Notes: generated from the sequence alone by a model not told the origin. A stretch of DNA of 64,000 nucleotides from Escherichia coli O157:H7 (GCF_013167455.1 NZ_CP038328.1), one strand, 5' to 3'. Counted from the first letter of the stretch, positions 22,304 to 35,055 are shown. Made by a program: numbers and translations.

Positions 22304-23212
22304 ATGGATCAAATACGACTTACTCACCTGCGGCAACTGGAGGCGGAAAGCATCCACATTATTCGCGAGGTGGCGGCAGAATTCTCAAATCCGGTGATGC
22401 TCTACTCTATCGGTAAAGATTCCAGCGTCATGCTGCATCTGGCGCGCAAGGCGTTTTATCCAGGTACGCTGCCTTTCCCGTTGCTGCATGTCGATACCGG
22501 CTGGAAATTCCGTGAGATGTATGAGTTCCGCGATCGTACGGCGAAAGCCTACGGCTGCGAGCTGCTGGTGCATCAAAACCCGGAAGGCGTGGCGATGGGG
22601 ATTAATCCATTCGTGCACGGCAGCGCGAAACATACCGATATTATGAAGACCGAAGGCCTGAAGCAGGCGCTGAATAAATACGGTTTTGATGCCGCCTTCG
22701 GTGGTGCGCGCCGCGACGAAGAGAAATCCCGTGCTAAAGAGCGTATCTACTCTTTCCGTGATCGCTTCCATCGCTGGGACCCGAAAAATCAGCGCCCGGA
22801 GCTGTGGCACAACTATAACGGGCAGATTAACAAAGGCGAAAGCATCCGCGTTTTCCCGCTCTCTAACTGGACCGAGCAGGATATCTGGCAATACATCTGG
22901 CTGGAAAATATCGACATTGTGCCGCTGTATCTCGCTGCGGAACGTCCGGTTCTGGAACGCGACGGTATGTTGATGATGATTGATGACAACCGTATCGACC
23001 TGCAACCGGGCGAAGTGATTAAAAAACGGATGGTGCGTTTCCGTACGCTGGGCTGCTGGCCGCTGACCGGTGCGGTGGAGTCAAATGCACAAACGCTGCC
23101 GGAGATCATCGAAGAGATGCTGGTTTCCACCACCAGTGAACGTCAGGGGCGCGTGATTGACCGCGACCAAGCTGGTTCTATGGAGCTGAAAAAACGTCAG
23201 GGGTATTTTTAA
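22304..23212 (+). CDS. cysD: sulfate adenylyltransferase subunit 2
   Basis: 302-aa ORF. Confidence 0.95.
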   Translation: MDQIRLTHLRQLEAESIHIIREVAAEFSNPVMLYSIGKDSSVMLHLARKAFYPGTLPFPLLHVDTGWKFREMYEFRDRTAKAYGCELLVHQNPEGVAMGINPFVHGSAKHTDIMKTEGLKQALNKYGFDAAFGGARRDEEKSRAKERIYSFRDRFHRWDPKNQRPELWHNYNGQINKGESIRVFPLSNWTEQDIWQYIWLENIDIVPLYLAAERPVLERDGMLMMIDDNRIDLQPGEVIKKRMVRFRTLGCWPLTGAVESNAQTLPEIIEEMLVSTTSERQGRVIDRDQAGSMELKKRQGYF

Positions 23213-23213
23213 G

Positions 23214-24641
23214 ATGAACACCGCACTTGCACAACAAATCGCCAATGAAGGCGGCGTCGAAGCCTGGATGATTGCGCAACAACATAAAAGCCTGCTGCGT
23301 TTTCTGACCTGTGGTAGCGTCGATGACGGCAAAAGTACCCTGATTGGTCGTCTGTTGCACGATACCCGCCAAATCTATGAAGATCAGCTCTCATCGCTGC
23401 ATAATGACAGTAAGCGTCACGGCACCCAGGGCGAAAAGCTGGATCTGGCTCTGCTGGTGGACGGCCTGCAAGCTGAGCGTGAACAGGGCATCACCATTGA
23501 CGTGGCCTACCGCTATTTCTCTACCGAGAAGCGTAAATTTATTATCGCCGACACTCCAGGGCACGAGCAGTACACCCGCAATATGGCGACTGGCGCATCG
23601 ACATGTGAACTGGCGATCTTACTGATCGATGCCCGTAAAGGCGTGCTCGATCAAACCCGTCGTCACAGTTTTATCTCCACACTGTTGGGGATCAAACATC
23701 TGGTCGTGGCGATCAACAAAATGGATCTGGTGGATTACAGTGAAGAGACGTTCACCCGTATTCGTGAAGATTATCTGACCTTTGCCGGGCAGCTGCCGGG
23801 TAATCTGGATATCCGCTTTGTGCCGCTCTCCGCACTGGAAGGTGACAACGTGGCTTCGCAAAGTGAAAGTATGCCGTGGTACAGCGGTCCGACACTGCTC
23901 GAAGTGCTGGAAACCGTGGAGATTCAGCGAGTGGTGGATGCCCAGCCAATGCGCTTCCCGGTGCAGTACGTTAACCGCCCAAATCTCGATTTTCGTGGCT
24001 ACGCCGGAACGCTGGCATCCGGTCGCGTGGAAGTCGGGCAACGTGTAAAAGTGCTGCCCTCTGGTGTGGAATCAAACGTCGCGCGGATCGTGACTTTTGA
24101 TGGTGATCGCGAAGAAGCCTTTGCCGGAGAAGCTATCACCCTGGTGCTGACGGATGAGATCGACATCAGCCGTGGCGATCTGCTGCTGGCGGCAGACGAA
24201 GCGTTACCAGCTGTGCAGAGCGCGTCGGTGGATGTGGTATGGATGGCGGAACAGCCGCTTTCCCCGGGCCAGAGTTACGACATCAAAATTGCCGGTAAGA
24301 AGACGCGTTCTCGTGTTGATGGCATTCGTTATCAGGTTGATATTAATAACCTTACCCAACGCGAAGTTGAAAACCTGCCGCTGAACGGCATCGGCCTGGT
24401 GGATCTCACTTTTGACGAGCCACTGGTGTTAGATCGTTATCAGCAAAACCCGGTTACCGGTGGGCTGATTTTTATCGATCGCCTGAGCAATGTGACCGTA
24501 GGTGCCGGTATGGTGCATGAGCCAGTTAGCCAGGCAACTGCTGCGCCATCTGAATTTAGTGCATTCGAACTGGAATTGAATGCCCTGGTTCGCCGCCACT
24601 TTCCACACTGGGGCGCGCGCGATTTGCTGGGGGAGAAATAA
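23214..24641 (+). CDS. cysN: sulfate adenylyltransferase subunit 1 (GTPase)
   Basis: 475-aa ORF; GTP-binding motifs ([18 protein letters not shown]). Confidence 0.95.
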
Positions 24642-25246
24642 TGGCGCTGCATGACGAAAACGTCGTCTGGCATAGCCATCCGGTCACTGTGCAACAACGC
24701 GAGCTACACCACGGTCATCGTGGTGTAGTGCTGTGGTTTACCGGCCTCTCCGGGTCCGGTAAATCAACGGTCGCCGGGGCGCTGGAGGAGGCGTTACATA
24801 AACTCGGCGTCAGTACGTATCTGCTGGATGGCGACAATGTTCGCCACGGATTATGCAGCGATCTCGGTTTTAGCGATGCCGATCGTAAAGAGAATATCCG
24901 TCGCGTCGGTGAAGTGGCGAATTTGATGGTTGAAGCCGGACTGGTGGTGCTGACCGCATTTATCTCGCCACACCGCGCCGAACGCCAGATGGTTCGCGAA
25001 CGCGTAGGAGAAGGGCGCTTTATCGAAGTGTTTGTCGATACGCCGCTGGCGATTTGCGAAGCCCGCGATCCAAAAGGCTTATATAAGAAAGCGCGTGCCG
25101 GTGAACTGCGCAACTTTACGGGAATAGATTCCGTTTACGAAGCGCCTGAATCGGCAGAAATTCATCTCAATGGTGAACAATTAGTAACAAATTTGGTACA
25201 GCAATTATTAGATCTGTTGAGACAGAACGATATTATCAGATCCTGA
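24641..25246 (+). CDS. cysC: adenylylsulfate kinase
   Basis: 201-aa ORF; P-loop GLSGSGKST. Confidence 0.95.
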
Positions 25247-25295
25247 GACACCACCGGGTTTCCATGCCCGGTTCGTCAAAGTAACAGGATCAAAT

Positions 25296-25619
25296 ATGCG
25301 TAATAGCCATAACATTACACTAACAAATAACGACAGCCTTACTGAGGATGAAGAAACCACATGGTCACTGCCTGGTGCCGTGGTCGGTTTTATCTCCTGG
25401 TTATTTGCGCTGGCGATGCCGATGTTGATTTATGGCTCTAACACGCTGTTCTTCTTTATCTACACCTGGCCTTTCTTTCTGGCGCTGATGCCCGTTGCGG
25501 TAGTGGTGGGGATTGCGCTGCATTCATTGATGGACGGAAAGCTACGCTACAGTATTGTTTTCACCCTGATGACAGTAGGCATTATGTTTGGCGCACTGTT
25601 TATGTGGCTACTGGGCTAA
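25296..25619 (+). CDS. ygbE: small inner-membrane protein
   Basis: 107-aa hydrophobic ORF; synteny. Confidence 0.7.
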   Translation: MRNSHNITLTNNDSLTEDEETTWSLPGAVVGFISWLFALAMPMLIYGSNTLFFFIYTWPFFLALMPVAVVVGIALHSLMDGKLRYSIVFTLMTVGIMFGALFMWLLG

Positions 25620-25812
25620 TTTGTACTTTCTTGTCTCCTCTGTTCATAATTCAAACCGTAACTAATAATGAGATTATGTTCTGCACGCCCTGGGTATACG
25701 TAACAATGGACAAATGTGGTACATTTGCCCGCGTTGTCGCGGTATCCCCAACAGAGGATGTAGAGTCGTCTTCGGATGCATGGGATGATGATGCCGTTTT
25801 TCAGGGGGCAGG

Positions 25813-26124
25813 ATGGGTAAACTAACGCTGCTGTTGCTGGCTATTCTGGTCTGGCTACAGTATTCGCTGTGGTTCGGTAAGAACGGTATACATGACTATA
25901 CCCGCGTCAATGATGATGTGGCGGCACAGCAAGCTACAAACGCGAAACTTAAAGCGCGAAACGATCAACTTTTTGCCGAAATTGACGATCTCAATGGCGG
26001 CCAGGAGGCGCTCGAAGAGCGTGCGCGTAATGAACTCAGCATGACCAGGCCGGGCGAAACTTTTTATCGTCTGGTGCCTGACGCGTCGAAGCGCGCACAG
26101 TCTGCGGGGCAAAACAATCGATAA
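25813..26124 (+). CDS. ftsB: cell division protein FtsB
   Basis: 103-aa ORF, N-terminal TM then coiled coil. Confidence 0.9.
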
Positions 26125-26142
26125 ATCAGCCCGGGAATTAAC

Positions 26143-26853
26143 ATGGCAACCACTCATTTGGATGTTTGCGCCGTGGTTCCGGCGGCCGGATTTGGCCGTC
26201 GAATGCAAACGGAATGTCCTAAGCAATATCTCTCAATCGGTAATCAAACCATTCTTGAACACTCGGTGTATGCGCTGCTGGCGCATCCCCGGGTGAAACG
26301 TGTCGTCATTGCCATAAGTCCTGGCGATAGCCGTTTTGCACAACTTCCTCTGGCGAATCATCCGCAAATCACCGTTGTAGATGGCGGTGATGAGCGTGCC
26401 GATTCCGTGCTGGCAGGTTTGAAAGCCGCTGGCGACGCGCAGTGGGTATTGGTGCATGACGCCGCTCGTCCTTGTCTGCATCAGGATGACCTCGCGCGAT
26501 TGTTGGCGTTGAGCGAAACCAGCCGCACGGGAGGGATCCTAGCCGCACCAGTGCGCGATACTATGAAACGTGCCGAACCGGGCAAAAATGCCATTGCTCA
26601 TACCGTTGATCGCAACGGCTTATGGCACGCGCTGACGCCGCAATTTTTCCCTCGTGAGCTGTTACATGACTGTCTGACGCGCGCTCTAAATGAAGGCGCG
26701 GCTATTACCGACGAAGCCTCGGCGCTGGAATATTGCGGATTCCATCCTCAGTTGGTCGAAGGCCGTGCGGATAACATTAAAGTCACGCGCCCGGAGGATT
26801 TGGCACTGGCCGAGTTTTACCTCACCCGAACCATCCATCAGGAGAATACATAA
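26143..26853 (+). CDS. ispD: 2-C-methyl-D-erythritol 4-phosphate cytidylyltransferase
   Basis: 236-aa ORF. Confidence 0.9.
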
Positions 26854-27332
26854 TGCGAATTGGACACGGTTTTGACGTACACGCCTTTGGCGGTGAAGGC
26901 CCAATTATCATTGGTGGCGTACGCATTCCTTACGAAAAAGGATTGCTGGCGCATTCTGATGGCGACGTGGCGCTCCATGCGTTGACCGATGCATTGCTTG
27001 GCGCGGCGGCGCTGGGGGATATCGGCAAACTGTTCCCGGATACCGATCCGGCATTTAAAGGTGCCGATAGCCGCGAGCTGCTACGCGAAGCCTGGCGTCG
27101 TATTCAGGCGAAGGGTTATACCCTTGGCAACGTCGATGTCACTATCATCGCTCAGGCACCGAAGATGTTGCCGCACATTCCACAAATGCGCGTGTTTATT
27201 GCCGAAGATCTCGGCTGCCATATGGATGATGTTAACGTGAAAGCCACTACTACGGAAAAACTTGGATTTACCGGACGTGGGGAAGGGATTGCCTGTGAAG
27301 CGGTGGCGCTACTCATTAAGGCAACAAAATGA
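26853..27332 (+). CDS. ispF: 2-C-methyl-D-erythritol 2,4-cyclodiphosphate synthase
   Basis: 159-aa ORF overlapping ispD stop. Confidence 0.95.
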
Positions 27333-28358
27333 TTGAGTTTGATAATCTCACTTACCTCCACGGTAAACCGCAAGGCACCGGGCTGCTGAAAGCCAATCCG
27401 GAAGACTTTGTGGTGGTGGAAGATTTGGGCTTTGAGCCTGATGGTGAAGGTGAGCATATTCTGGTTAGAATCCTCAAAAACGGCTGCAATACCCGTTTTG
27501 TGGCGGATGCACTGGCGAAATTCCTGAAAATTCATGCCCGTGAAGTCAGCTTTGCTGGGCAAAAAGACAAACATGCTGTTACAGAACAGTGGTTATGCGC
27601 TCGCGTGCCGGGCAAGGAAATGCCCGATCTGAGCGCCTTTCAATTGGAAGGCTGCCAGGTGCTGGAGTATGCGCGGCACAAGCGCAAGCTGCGTTTAGGG
27701 GCGCTGAAAGGTAACGCCTTTACCCTGGTTCTGCGCGAAGTGAGCAATCGCGATGACGTTGAACAACGTCTGATCGATATTTGCGTAAAAGGTGTACCGA
27801 ACTACTTCGGTGCCCAACGTTTTGGGATTGGCGGTAGCAACTTGCAGGGCGCGCTGCGCTGGGCGCAAACCAATACTCCGGTGCGCGATCGCAATAAACG
27901 GAGTTTTTGGTTGTCGGCAGCCCGCAGTGCGTTGTTTAATCAGATTGTTGCTGAGCGCCTCAAAAAAGCAGACGTTAATCAAGTTGTTGACGGCGATGCG
28001 CTACAATTAGCCGGACGTGGTAGCTGGTTTGTTGCAACCACCGAAGAACTGGTGGAATTACAGCGTCGCGTCAACGATAAAGAGCTGATGATAACCGCCG
28101 CATTGCCGGGCAGTGGTGAATGGGGAACTCAGCGTGAAGCGCTGGCATTCGAACAGGCAGCTGTCGCCGCAGAAACTGAATTACAAGCTTTACTGGTGCG
28201 CGAAAAAGTTGAAGCCGCGCGCAGAGCGATGCTGCTGTATCCGCAACAATTAAGCTGGAATTGGTGGGATGACGTCACCGTAGAAATCCGTTTCTGGCTT
28301 CCGGCGGGTAGTTTTGCAACCAGCGTTGTCAGGGAACTTATCAACACAACAGGTGATT

Positions 28359-28378
<20 letters not shown>
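27329..28378 (+). CDS. truD: tRNA pseudouridine13 synthase
   Basis: 349-aa ORF. Confidence 0.9.
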
Positions 28379-29740
<1,362 letters not shown>

Positions 29741-29879
29741 AACGTGAGGAAATACCTGGATTTTTCCTGGTTATTTTGCCGCAGGTCAGCGTATCGTGAA
29801 CATCTTTTCCAGTGTTCAGTATGGTGCCTTGCACGGTAATTATGTCACTGGTTATTAACCAATTTTTCCTGGGGGATAA

Positions 29880-31019
29880 ATGAGCGCGGGAAGCCCAAAA
29901 TTCACCGTTCGCCGCATTGCGGCTTTGTCACTGGTTTCGCTATGGCTGGCAGGCTGTTCTGACACTTCAAATCCACCGGCACCGGTCAGCTCCGTTAATG
30001 GCAATGCGCCTGCACATACCAATTCTGGTATGTTGATTACGCCGCCGCCGAAAATGGGGACGACGTCTACAGCGCAGCAACCGCAAATTCAGCCGGTGCA
30101 GCAGCCACAAATTCAGGCTACTCAACAACCGCAAATCCAGCCAGTGCAGCCAGTAGCTCAGCAGCCGGTACAGATGGAAAACGGACGCATCGTCTATAAC
30201 CGTCAGTATGGGAACATTCCGAAAGGCAGTTATAGCGGCAGTACCTATACCGTGAAAAAAGGCGACACGCTTTTCTATATCGCCTGGATTACTGGCAACG
30301 ATTTCCGTGACCTTGCTCAGCGCAACAATATTCAGGCACCATACGCGCTGAACGTCGGTCAGACCTTACAGGTGGGTAATGCTTCCGGTACGCCAATCAC
30401 TGGCGGAAATGCCATTACCCAGGCCGACGCAGCAGAGCAAGGAGTTGTGATCAAGCCTGCACAAAATTCCACCGTTGCTGTTGCGTCGCAACCGACAATT
30501 ACGTATTCTGAGTCTTCGGGTGAACAGAGTGCTAACAAAATGTTGCCGAACAACAAGCCAACTGCGACCACGGTCACAGCGCCTGTAACGGTACCAACAG
30601 CAAGCACAACCGAGCCGACTGTCAGCAGTACATCAACCAGTACGCCTATCTCCACCTGGCGCTGGCCGACTGAGGGCAAAGTGATCGAAACCTTTGGCGC
30701 TTCTGAGGGGGGCAACAAGGGGATTGATATCGCAGGCAGCAAAGGACAGGCAATTATCGCGACCGCAGATGGCCGTGTTGTTTATGCCGGTAACGCGCTG
30801 CGCGGCTACGGTAATCTGATTATCATCAAACATAATGATGATTACCTGAGTGCCTACGCCCATAACGACACAATGCTGGTCCGGGAACAACAAGAAGTGA
30901 AGGCGGGGCAAAAAATAGCAACCATGGGTAGCACCGGAACCAGTTCAACACGCTTGCATTTTGAAATTCGTTACAAGGGGAAATCCGTAAACCCGCTGCG
31001 TTATTTGCCGCAGCGATAA
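29880..31019 (+). CDS. nlpD: lipoprotein NlpD (LysM, degenerate M23 peptidase)
   Basis: 379-aa ORF; lipobox LAGCS; PQIQ repeat tract. Confidence 0.9.
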   Translation: MSAGSPKFTVRRIAALSLVSLWLAGCSDTSNPPAPVSSVNGNAPAHTNSGMLITPPPKMGTTSTAQQPQIQPVQQPQIQATQQPQIQPVQPVAQQPVQMENGRIVYNRQYGNIPKGSYSGSTYTVKKGDTLFYIAWITGNDFRDLAQRNNIQAPYALNVGQTLQVGNASGTPITGGNAITQADAAEQGVVIKPAQNSTVAVASQPTITYSESSGEQSANKMLPNNKPTATTVTAPVTVPTASTTEPTVSSTSTSTPISTWRWPTEGKVIETFGASEGGNKGIDIAGSKGQAIIATADGRVVYAGNALRGYGNLIIIKHNDDYLSAYAHNDTMLVREQQEVKAGQKIATMGSTGTSSTRLHFEIRYKGKSVNPLRYLPQR

Positions 31020-31081
31020 ATCGGCGGAACCAGGCTTTTGCTTGAATGTTCCGTCAAGGGATCACGGGTAGGAGCCACCTT

Positions 31082-32074
31082 ATGAGTCAGAATACGCTGA
31101 AAGTTCATGATTTAAATGAAGATGCGGAATTTGATGAGAACGGAGTTGAGGTTTTTGACGAAAAGGCCTTAGTAGAAGAGGAACCCAGTGATAACGATTT
31201 GGCCGAAGAGGAACTGTTATCGCAGGGAGCCACACAGCGTGTGTTGGACGCGACTCAGCTTTACCTTGGTGAGATTGGTTATTCACCACTGTTAACGGCC
31301 GAAGAAGAAGTTTATTTTGCGCGTCGCGCACTGCGTGGAGATGTCGCCTCTCGCCGCCGGATGATCGAGAGTAACTTGCGTCTGGTGGTAAAAATTGCCC
31401 GCCGTTATGGCAATCGTGGTCTGGCGTTGCTGGACCTTATCGAAGAGGGCAACCTGGGGCTGATCCGTGCGGTAGAGAAGTTTGACCCGGAACGTGGTTT
31501 CCGCTTCTCAACATACGCAACCTGGTGGATTCGCCAGACGATTGAACGGGCGATTATGAACCAAACCCGTACTATTCGTTTGCCGATTCACATCGTAAAG
31601 GAGCTGAACGTTTACCTGCGAACAGCACGTGAGTTGTCCCATAAGCTGGACCATGAACCAAGTGCGGAAGAGATCGCAGAGCAACTGGATAAGCCAGTTG
31701 ATGACGTCAGCCGTATGCTTCGTCTTAACGAGCGCATTACCTCGGTAGACACCCCGCTGGGTGGTGATTCCGAAAAAGCGTTGCTGGACATCCTGGCCGA
31801 TGAAAAAGAGAACGGTCCGGAAGATACCACGCAAGATGACGATATGAAGCAGAGCATCGTCAAATGGCTGTTCGAGCTGAACGCCAAACAGCGTGAAGTA
31901 CTGGCACGTCGATTCGGTTTGCTGGGGTACGAAGCGGCAACACTGGAAGATGTAGGTCGTGAAATTGGCCTCACCCGTGAACGTGTTCGCCAGATTCAGG
32001 TTGAAGGCCTGCGCCGTTTGCGCGAAATCCTGCAAACGCAGGGGCTGAATATCGAAGCGCTGTTCCGCGAGTAA
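31082..32074 (+). CDS. rpoS: RNA polymerase sigma factor RpoS (sigma38)
   Basis: ORF 31046..32074; ATG 31082 ([14 protein letters not shown]) giving 330 aa; codon 33 GAG. Confidence 0.95.
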   Translation: MSQNTLKVHDLNEDAEFDENGVEVFDEKALVEEEPSDNDLAEEELLSQGATQRVLDATQLYLGEIGYSPLLTAEEEVYFARRALRGDVASRRRMIESNLRLVVKIARRYGNRGLALLDLIEEGNLGLIRAVEKFDPERGFRFSTYATWWIRQTIERAIMNQTRTIRLPIHIVKELNVYLRTARELSHKLDHEPSAEEIAEQLDKPVDDVSRMLRLNERITSVDTPLGGDSEKALLDILADEKENGPEDTTQDDDMKQSIVKWLFELNAKQREVLARRFGLLGYEAATLEDVGREIGLTRERVRQIQVEGLRRLREILQTQGLNIEALFRE

Positions 32075-32090
32075 GTAAGCATCTGTCAGA

Positions 32091-32126
32091 AAGGCCAGTC
32101 TCAAGCGAGGCTGGCCTTTTTCTTTT
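32091..32126 (+). terminator. rho-independent terminator of rpoS
   Basis: aaaggccagtctcaagcgaggctggcc stem then TTTTTCTTTT. Confidence 0.85.
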
Positions 32127-32193
32127 GTTTGGGAAGCTTGTGTTTTTGTCGCCTGGATAAGACACGTCAGCGTCCTACCCGGCAATTTGCATC

Positions 32194-32634
32194 CTATGTG
32201 TTCATCATCTTGCGCACCAGCTGCACAAACAGCTCCTGCTCTTCTGCACTCAAACGCCCCAAAAATTCCTCATCCACGCTGTCACCAATCGGTATCGCCG
32301 CAGCAAGTATCTTTTCTCCTTCGGCAGTCAGCCAGACAAAGCGACGCCGCTTGTCAGCGGCATCATGTTCACGTCTGACTAAGCCACGATTCTCCATTCT
32401 TGCCAACATTTCTGCCAACGTTGCTTTGGTGCTGACTGCTGCTTCTATCAGTGCCACCTGTTCGATACCAGGCTTATCAGCAATGGCGCGCATCACCGCA
32501 TACTGTGGTTTGGTCAGGTCAGGTAACTCGTGCTGCCAGCGAGCCGTGTGCTGCTGAAAAAGCTGTCGTAACTGATGGAACGCTTTATTTCGTAACGTCA
32601 TGTAAACTCCGGGCAAACTATCTGCCGCTATCAT
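32194..32634 (-). CDS. MarR/SlyA-family transcriptional regulator
   Basis: 146-aa ORF (alternative start at 32601); winged-helix-type sequence; divergent from decarboxylase genes. Confidence 0.75.
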   Translation of the reverse strand: MIAADSLPGVYMTLRNKAFHQLRQLFQQHTARWQHELPDLTKPQYAVMRAIADKPGIEQVALIEAAVSTKATLAEMLARMENRGLVRREHDAADKRRRFVWLTAEGEKILAAAIPIGDSVDEEFLGRLSAEEQELFVQLVRKMMNT

Positions 32635-32717
32635 AGCGGTTTTTCAGTGACGAAGGGGATGTTGTTACTTTTCAGTGCTTGCCGCAATGAGAACAGAGGC
32701 GTATTTTAATAATAATG

Positions 32718-32731
32718 TTCGTATACGAACA
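32718..32731. promoter_or_regulatory. perfect 14-bp palindrome GTTCGTATACGAAC, candidate operator of the MarR-like regulator
   Basis: Self-complementary 14-mer 17 bp upstream of ATG 32748, in the divergent promoter region. Confidence 0.5.
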
Positions 32732-32747
32732 ATTAAGAGAGTAAGCA

Positions 32748-33341
32748 ATGAAACTGATCGTCGGGATGACAGGGGCTACCGGTGCGCCTCTTGGTGTGGC
32801 ATTACTGCAAGCGCTGCGGGAGATGCCGAATGTCGAGACTCATCTGGTGATGTCGAAGTGGGCGAAAACCACCATTGAACTGGAAACGCCTTACAGCGCC
32901 CGCGATGTTGCTGCCCTCGCTGACTTCAGCCATAACCCGGCGGATCAGGCGGCGACCATCTCCTCAGGTTCCTTTCGTACAGACGGCATGATCGTTATTC
33001 CGTGCAGTATGAAAACGCTCGCCGGTATCCGCGCTGGTTACGCTGATGGCCTGGTAGGGCGCGCGGCGGACGTCGTGCTTAAAGAAGGCCGCAAACTGGT
33101 GCTGGTGCCGCGTGAAATGCCGCTTAGCACCATCCATCTCGAAAATATGCTCGCACTTTCACGCATGGGCGTGGCGATGGTGCCGCCGATGCCTGCCTTT
33201 TATAACCATCCCGAAACGGTAGATGACATTGTCCACCACGTGGTAGCCCGCGTGCTGGATCAATTTGGCCTTGAACATCCCTACGCCAGGCGCTGGCAAG
33301 GATTGCCGCAGGCCCGGAATTTTTCTCAGGAGAATGAATAA
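32748..33341 (+). CDS. UbiX-type flavin prenyltransferase (Pad1-like)
   Basis: 197-aa ORF; MKLIVGMTGATGA N-terminus. Confidence 0.85.
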   Translation: MKLIVGMTGATGAPLGVALLQALREMPNVETHLVMSKWAKTTIELETPYSARDVAALADFSHNPADQAATISSGSFRTDGMIVIPCSMKTLAGIRAGYADGLVGRAADVVLKEGRKLVLVPREMPLSTIHLENMLALSRMGVAMVPPMPAFYNHPETVDDIVHHVVARVLDQFGLEHPYARRWQGLPQARNFSQENE

Positions 33342-34768
33342 TGGCATTTGATGATTTACGCAGCTTTTTACAGGCGCTTGATGACCACGGCCAGTTACTG
33401 AAAATCAGCGAAGAGGTGAACGCGGAACCGGATCTGGCTGCCGCTGCCAACGCCACCGGGCGTATCGGCGATGGTGCACCGGCGCTGTGGTTTGATAATA
33501 TTCGCGGTTTTACCGATGCCCGCGTGGCGATGAATACCATCGGTTCCTGGCAGAACCACGCGATTTCCTTGGGCCTGCCGCCAAACACCCCGGTTAAAAA
33601 ACAGATTGATGAGTTTATCCGCCGCTGGGATAACTTCCCGATCGCCCCGGAGCGCCGCGCCAATCCAGCCTGGGCGCAGAACACCGTCGATGGTGACGAG
33701 ATTAATCTGTTCGATATCCTGCCGCTGTTTCGTTTAAACGACGGTGATGGCGGTTTCTATCTCGACAAAGCGTGCGTGGTTTCCCGCGATCCGCTCGACC
33801 CGGATAACTTCGGCAAGCAGAACGTCGGTATCTACCGCATGGAAGTGAAGGGCAAGCGTAAGCTCGGCCTGCAACCGGTGCCGATGCACGATATCGCCCT
33901 GCATCTGCATAAAGCGGAAGAGCGCGGTGAAGATCTGCCGATTGCCATCACCCTGGGTAACGATCCGATCATCACCCTTATGGGCGCCACGCCGCTGAAA
34001 TACGATCAGTCTGAGTATGAAATGGCAGGCGCGCTGCGCGAAAGCCCGTACCCGATCGCCACCGCGCCATTGACTGGTTTTGATGTGCCGTGGGGTTCAG
34101 AAGTGATCCTCGAAGGGGTTATCGAAAGCCGCAAACGCGAAATCGAAGGGCCGTTCGGTGAGTTTACCGGGCACTACTCCGGCGGGCGTAACATGACCGT
34201 GGTGCGTATCGATAAAGTCTCTTACCGCACCAGGCCGATTTTCGAATCGCTGTACCTCGGCATGCCGTGGACCGAAATCGACTACCTGATGGGGCCAGCC
34301 ACCTGTGTGCCGCTGTATCAACAACTGAAAGCCGAGTTCCCGGAAGTGCAGGCGGTAAACGCCATGTACACCCACGGCCTGCTGGCGATTATCTCCACCA
34401 AAAAACGCTACGGCGGCTTTGCCCGCGCGGTGGGCCTGCGTGCGATGACCACGCCGCACGGTCTGGGCTACGTAAAGATGGTGATTATGGTCGATGAAGA
34501 CGTTGACCCGTTCAACCTGCCGCAGGTGATGTGGGCGCTCTCCTCGAAAGTAAATCCGGCAGGGGATTTGGTGCAGTTGCCGAATATGTCCGTGCTGGAA
34601 CTCGACCCTGGCTCAAGCCCGGCGGGGATCACCGACAAGCTGATTATCGACGCCACCACGCCTGTCGCCCCGGACAACCGTGGTCACTACAGCCAGCCGG
34701 TGGTGGATTTGCCGGAAACCAAAGCCTGGGCTGAAAAACTGACCGCTATGCTGGCCGCACGTAAATAA
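33341..34768 (+). CDS. UbiD-family (prFMN-dependent) decarboxylase, phenolic acid decarboxylase C-subunit-like
   Basis: 475-aa ORF overlapping UbiX-like stop. Confidence 0.85.
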   Translation: MAFDDLRSFLQALDDHGQLLKISEEVNAEPDLAAAANATGRIGDGAPALWFDNIRGFTDARVAMNTIGSWQNHAISLGLPPNTPVKKQIDEFIRRWDNFPIAPERRANPAWAQNTVDGDEINLFDILPLFRLNDGDGGFYLDKACVVSRDPLDPDNFGKQNVGIYRMEVKGKRKLGLQPVPMHDIALHLHKAEERGEDLPIAITLGNDPIITLMGATPLKYDQSEYEMAGALRESPYPIATAPLTGFDVPWGSEVILEGVIESRKREIEGPFGEFTGHYSGGRNMTVVRIDKVSYRTRPIFESLYLGMPWTEIDYLMGPATCVPLYQQLKAEFPEVQAVNAMYTHGLLAIISTKKRYGGFARAVGLRAMTTPHGLGYVKMVIMVDEDVDPFNLPQVMWALSSKVNPAGDLVQLPNMSVLELDPGSSPAGITDKLIIDATTPVAPDNRGHYSQPVVDLPETKAWAEKLTAMLAARK

Positions 34769-34778
34769 GGAGAACAAG

Positions 34779-35015
34779 ATGATTTGTCCACGTTGTGCCG
34801 ATGAACAGATTGAAGTGATGGCGAAATCGCCGGTGAAAGATGTCTGGACGGTATATCAGTGCCAGCATTGCCTTTATACCTGGCGCGATACCGAACCGCT
34901 GCGCCGTACCAGCCGCGAACATTATCCCGAAGCGTTCCGCATGACGCAGAAAGATATTGATGACGCGCCAATGGTGCCGAGCATCCCGCCGCTGCTGGCG
35001 GAAGGTAAGCGCTAA
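34779..35015 (+). CDS. small zinc-ribbon subunit of phenolic acid decarboxylase (D-subunit-like)
   Basis: 78-aa ORF with CPRC...CQHC pairs directly after the UbiD-like gene. Confidence 0.7.
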   Translation: MICPRCADEQIEVMAKSPVKDVWTVYQCQHCLYTWRDTEPLRRTSREHYPEAFRMTQKDIDDAPMVPSIPPLLAEGKR

Positions 35016-35023
35016 TAAAAAGT

Positions 35024-35051
35024 GCCGGGTAGTGGCTTTGCTTTACCCGGC
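35024..35051. terminator. hairpin between convergent decarboxylase operon and pphB
   Basis: gccgggta...tacccggc stem with A/T-rich flanks. Confidence 0.5.
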
Positions 35052-35055
35052 CTCA

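Noticed and set aside
25604-25825. 73-aa ORF between ygbE and ftsB
   Set aside because: Overlaps the ygbE stop and the ftsB start region with no ribosome-binding site; likely the ftsB promoter and leader.
31508-32185. 225-aa minus-strand ORF overlapping rpoS
   Set aside because: Antisense to rpoS and runs across its terminator; no plausible start signal.
32140-32190. Possible REP-like sequence after the rpoS terminator
   Set aside because: Only a partial match (gataagacacgtcagcgtc) to REP motifs; too degenerate to call.
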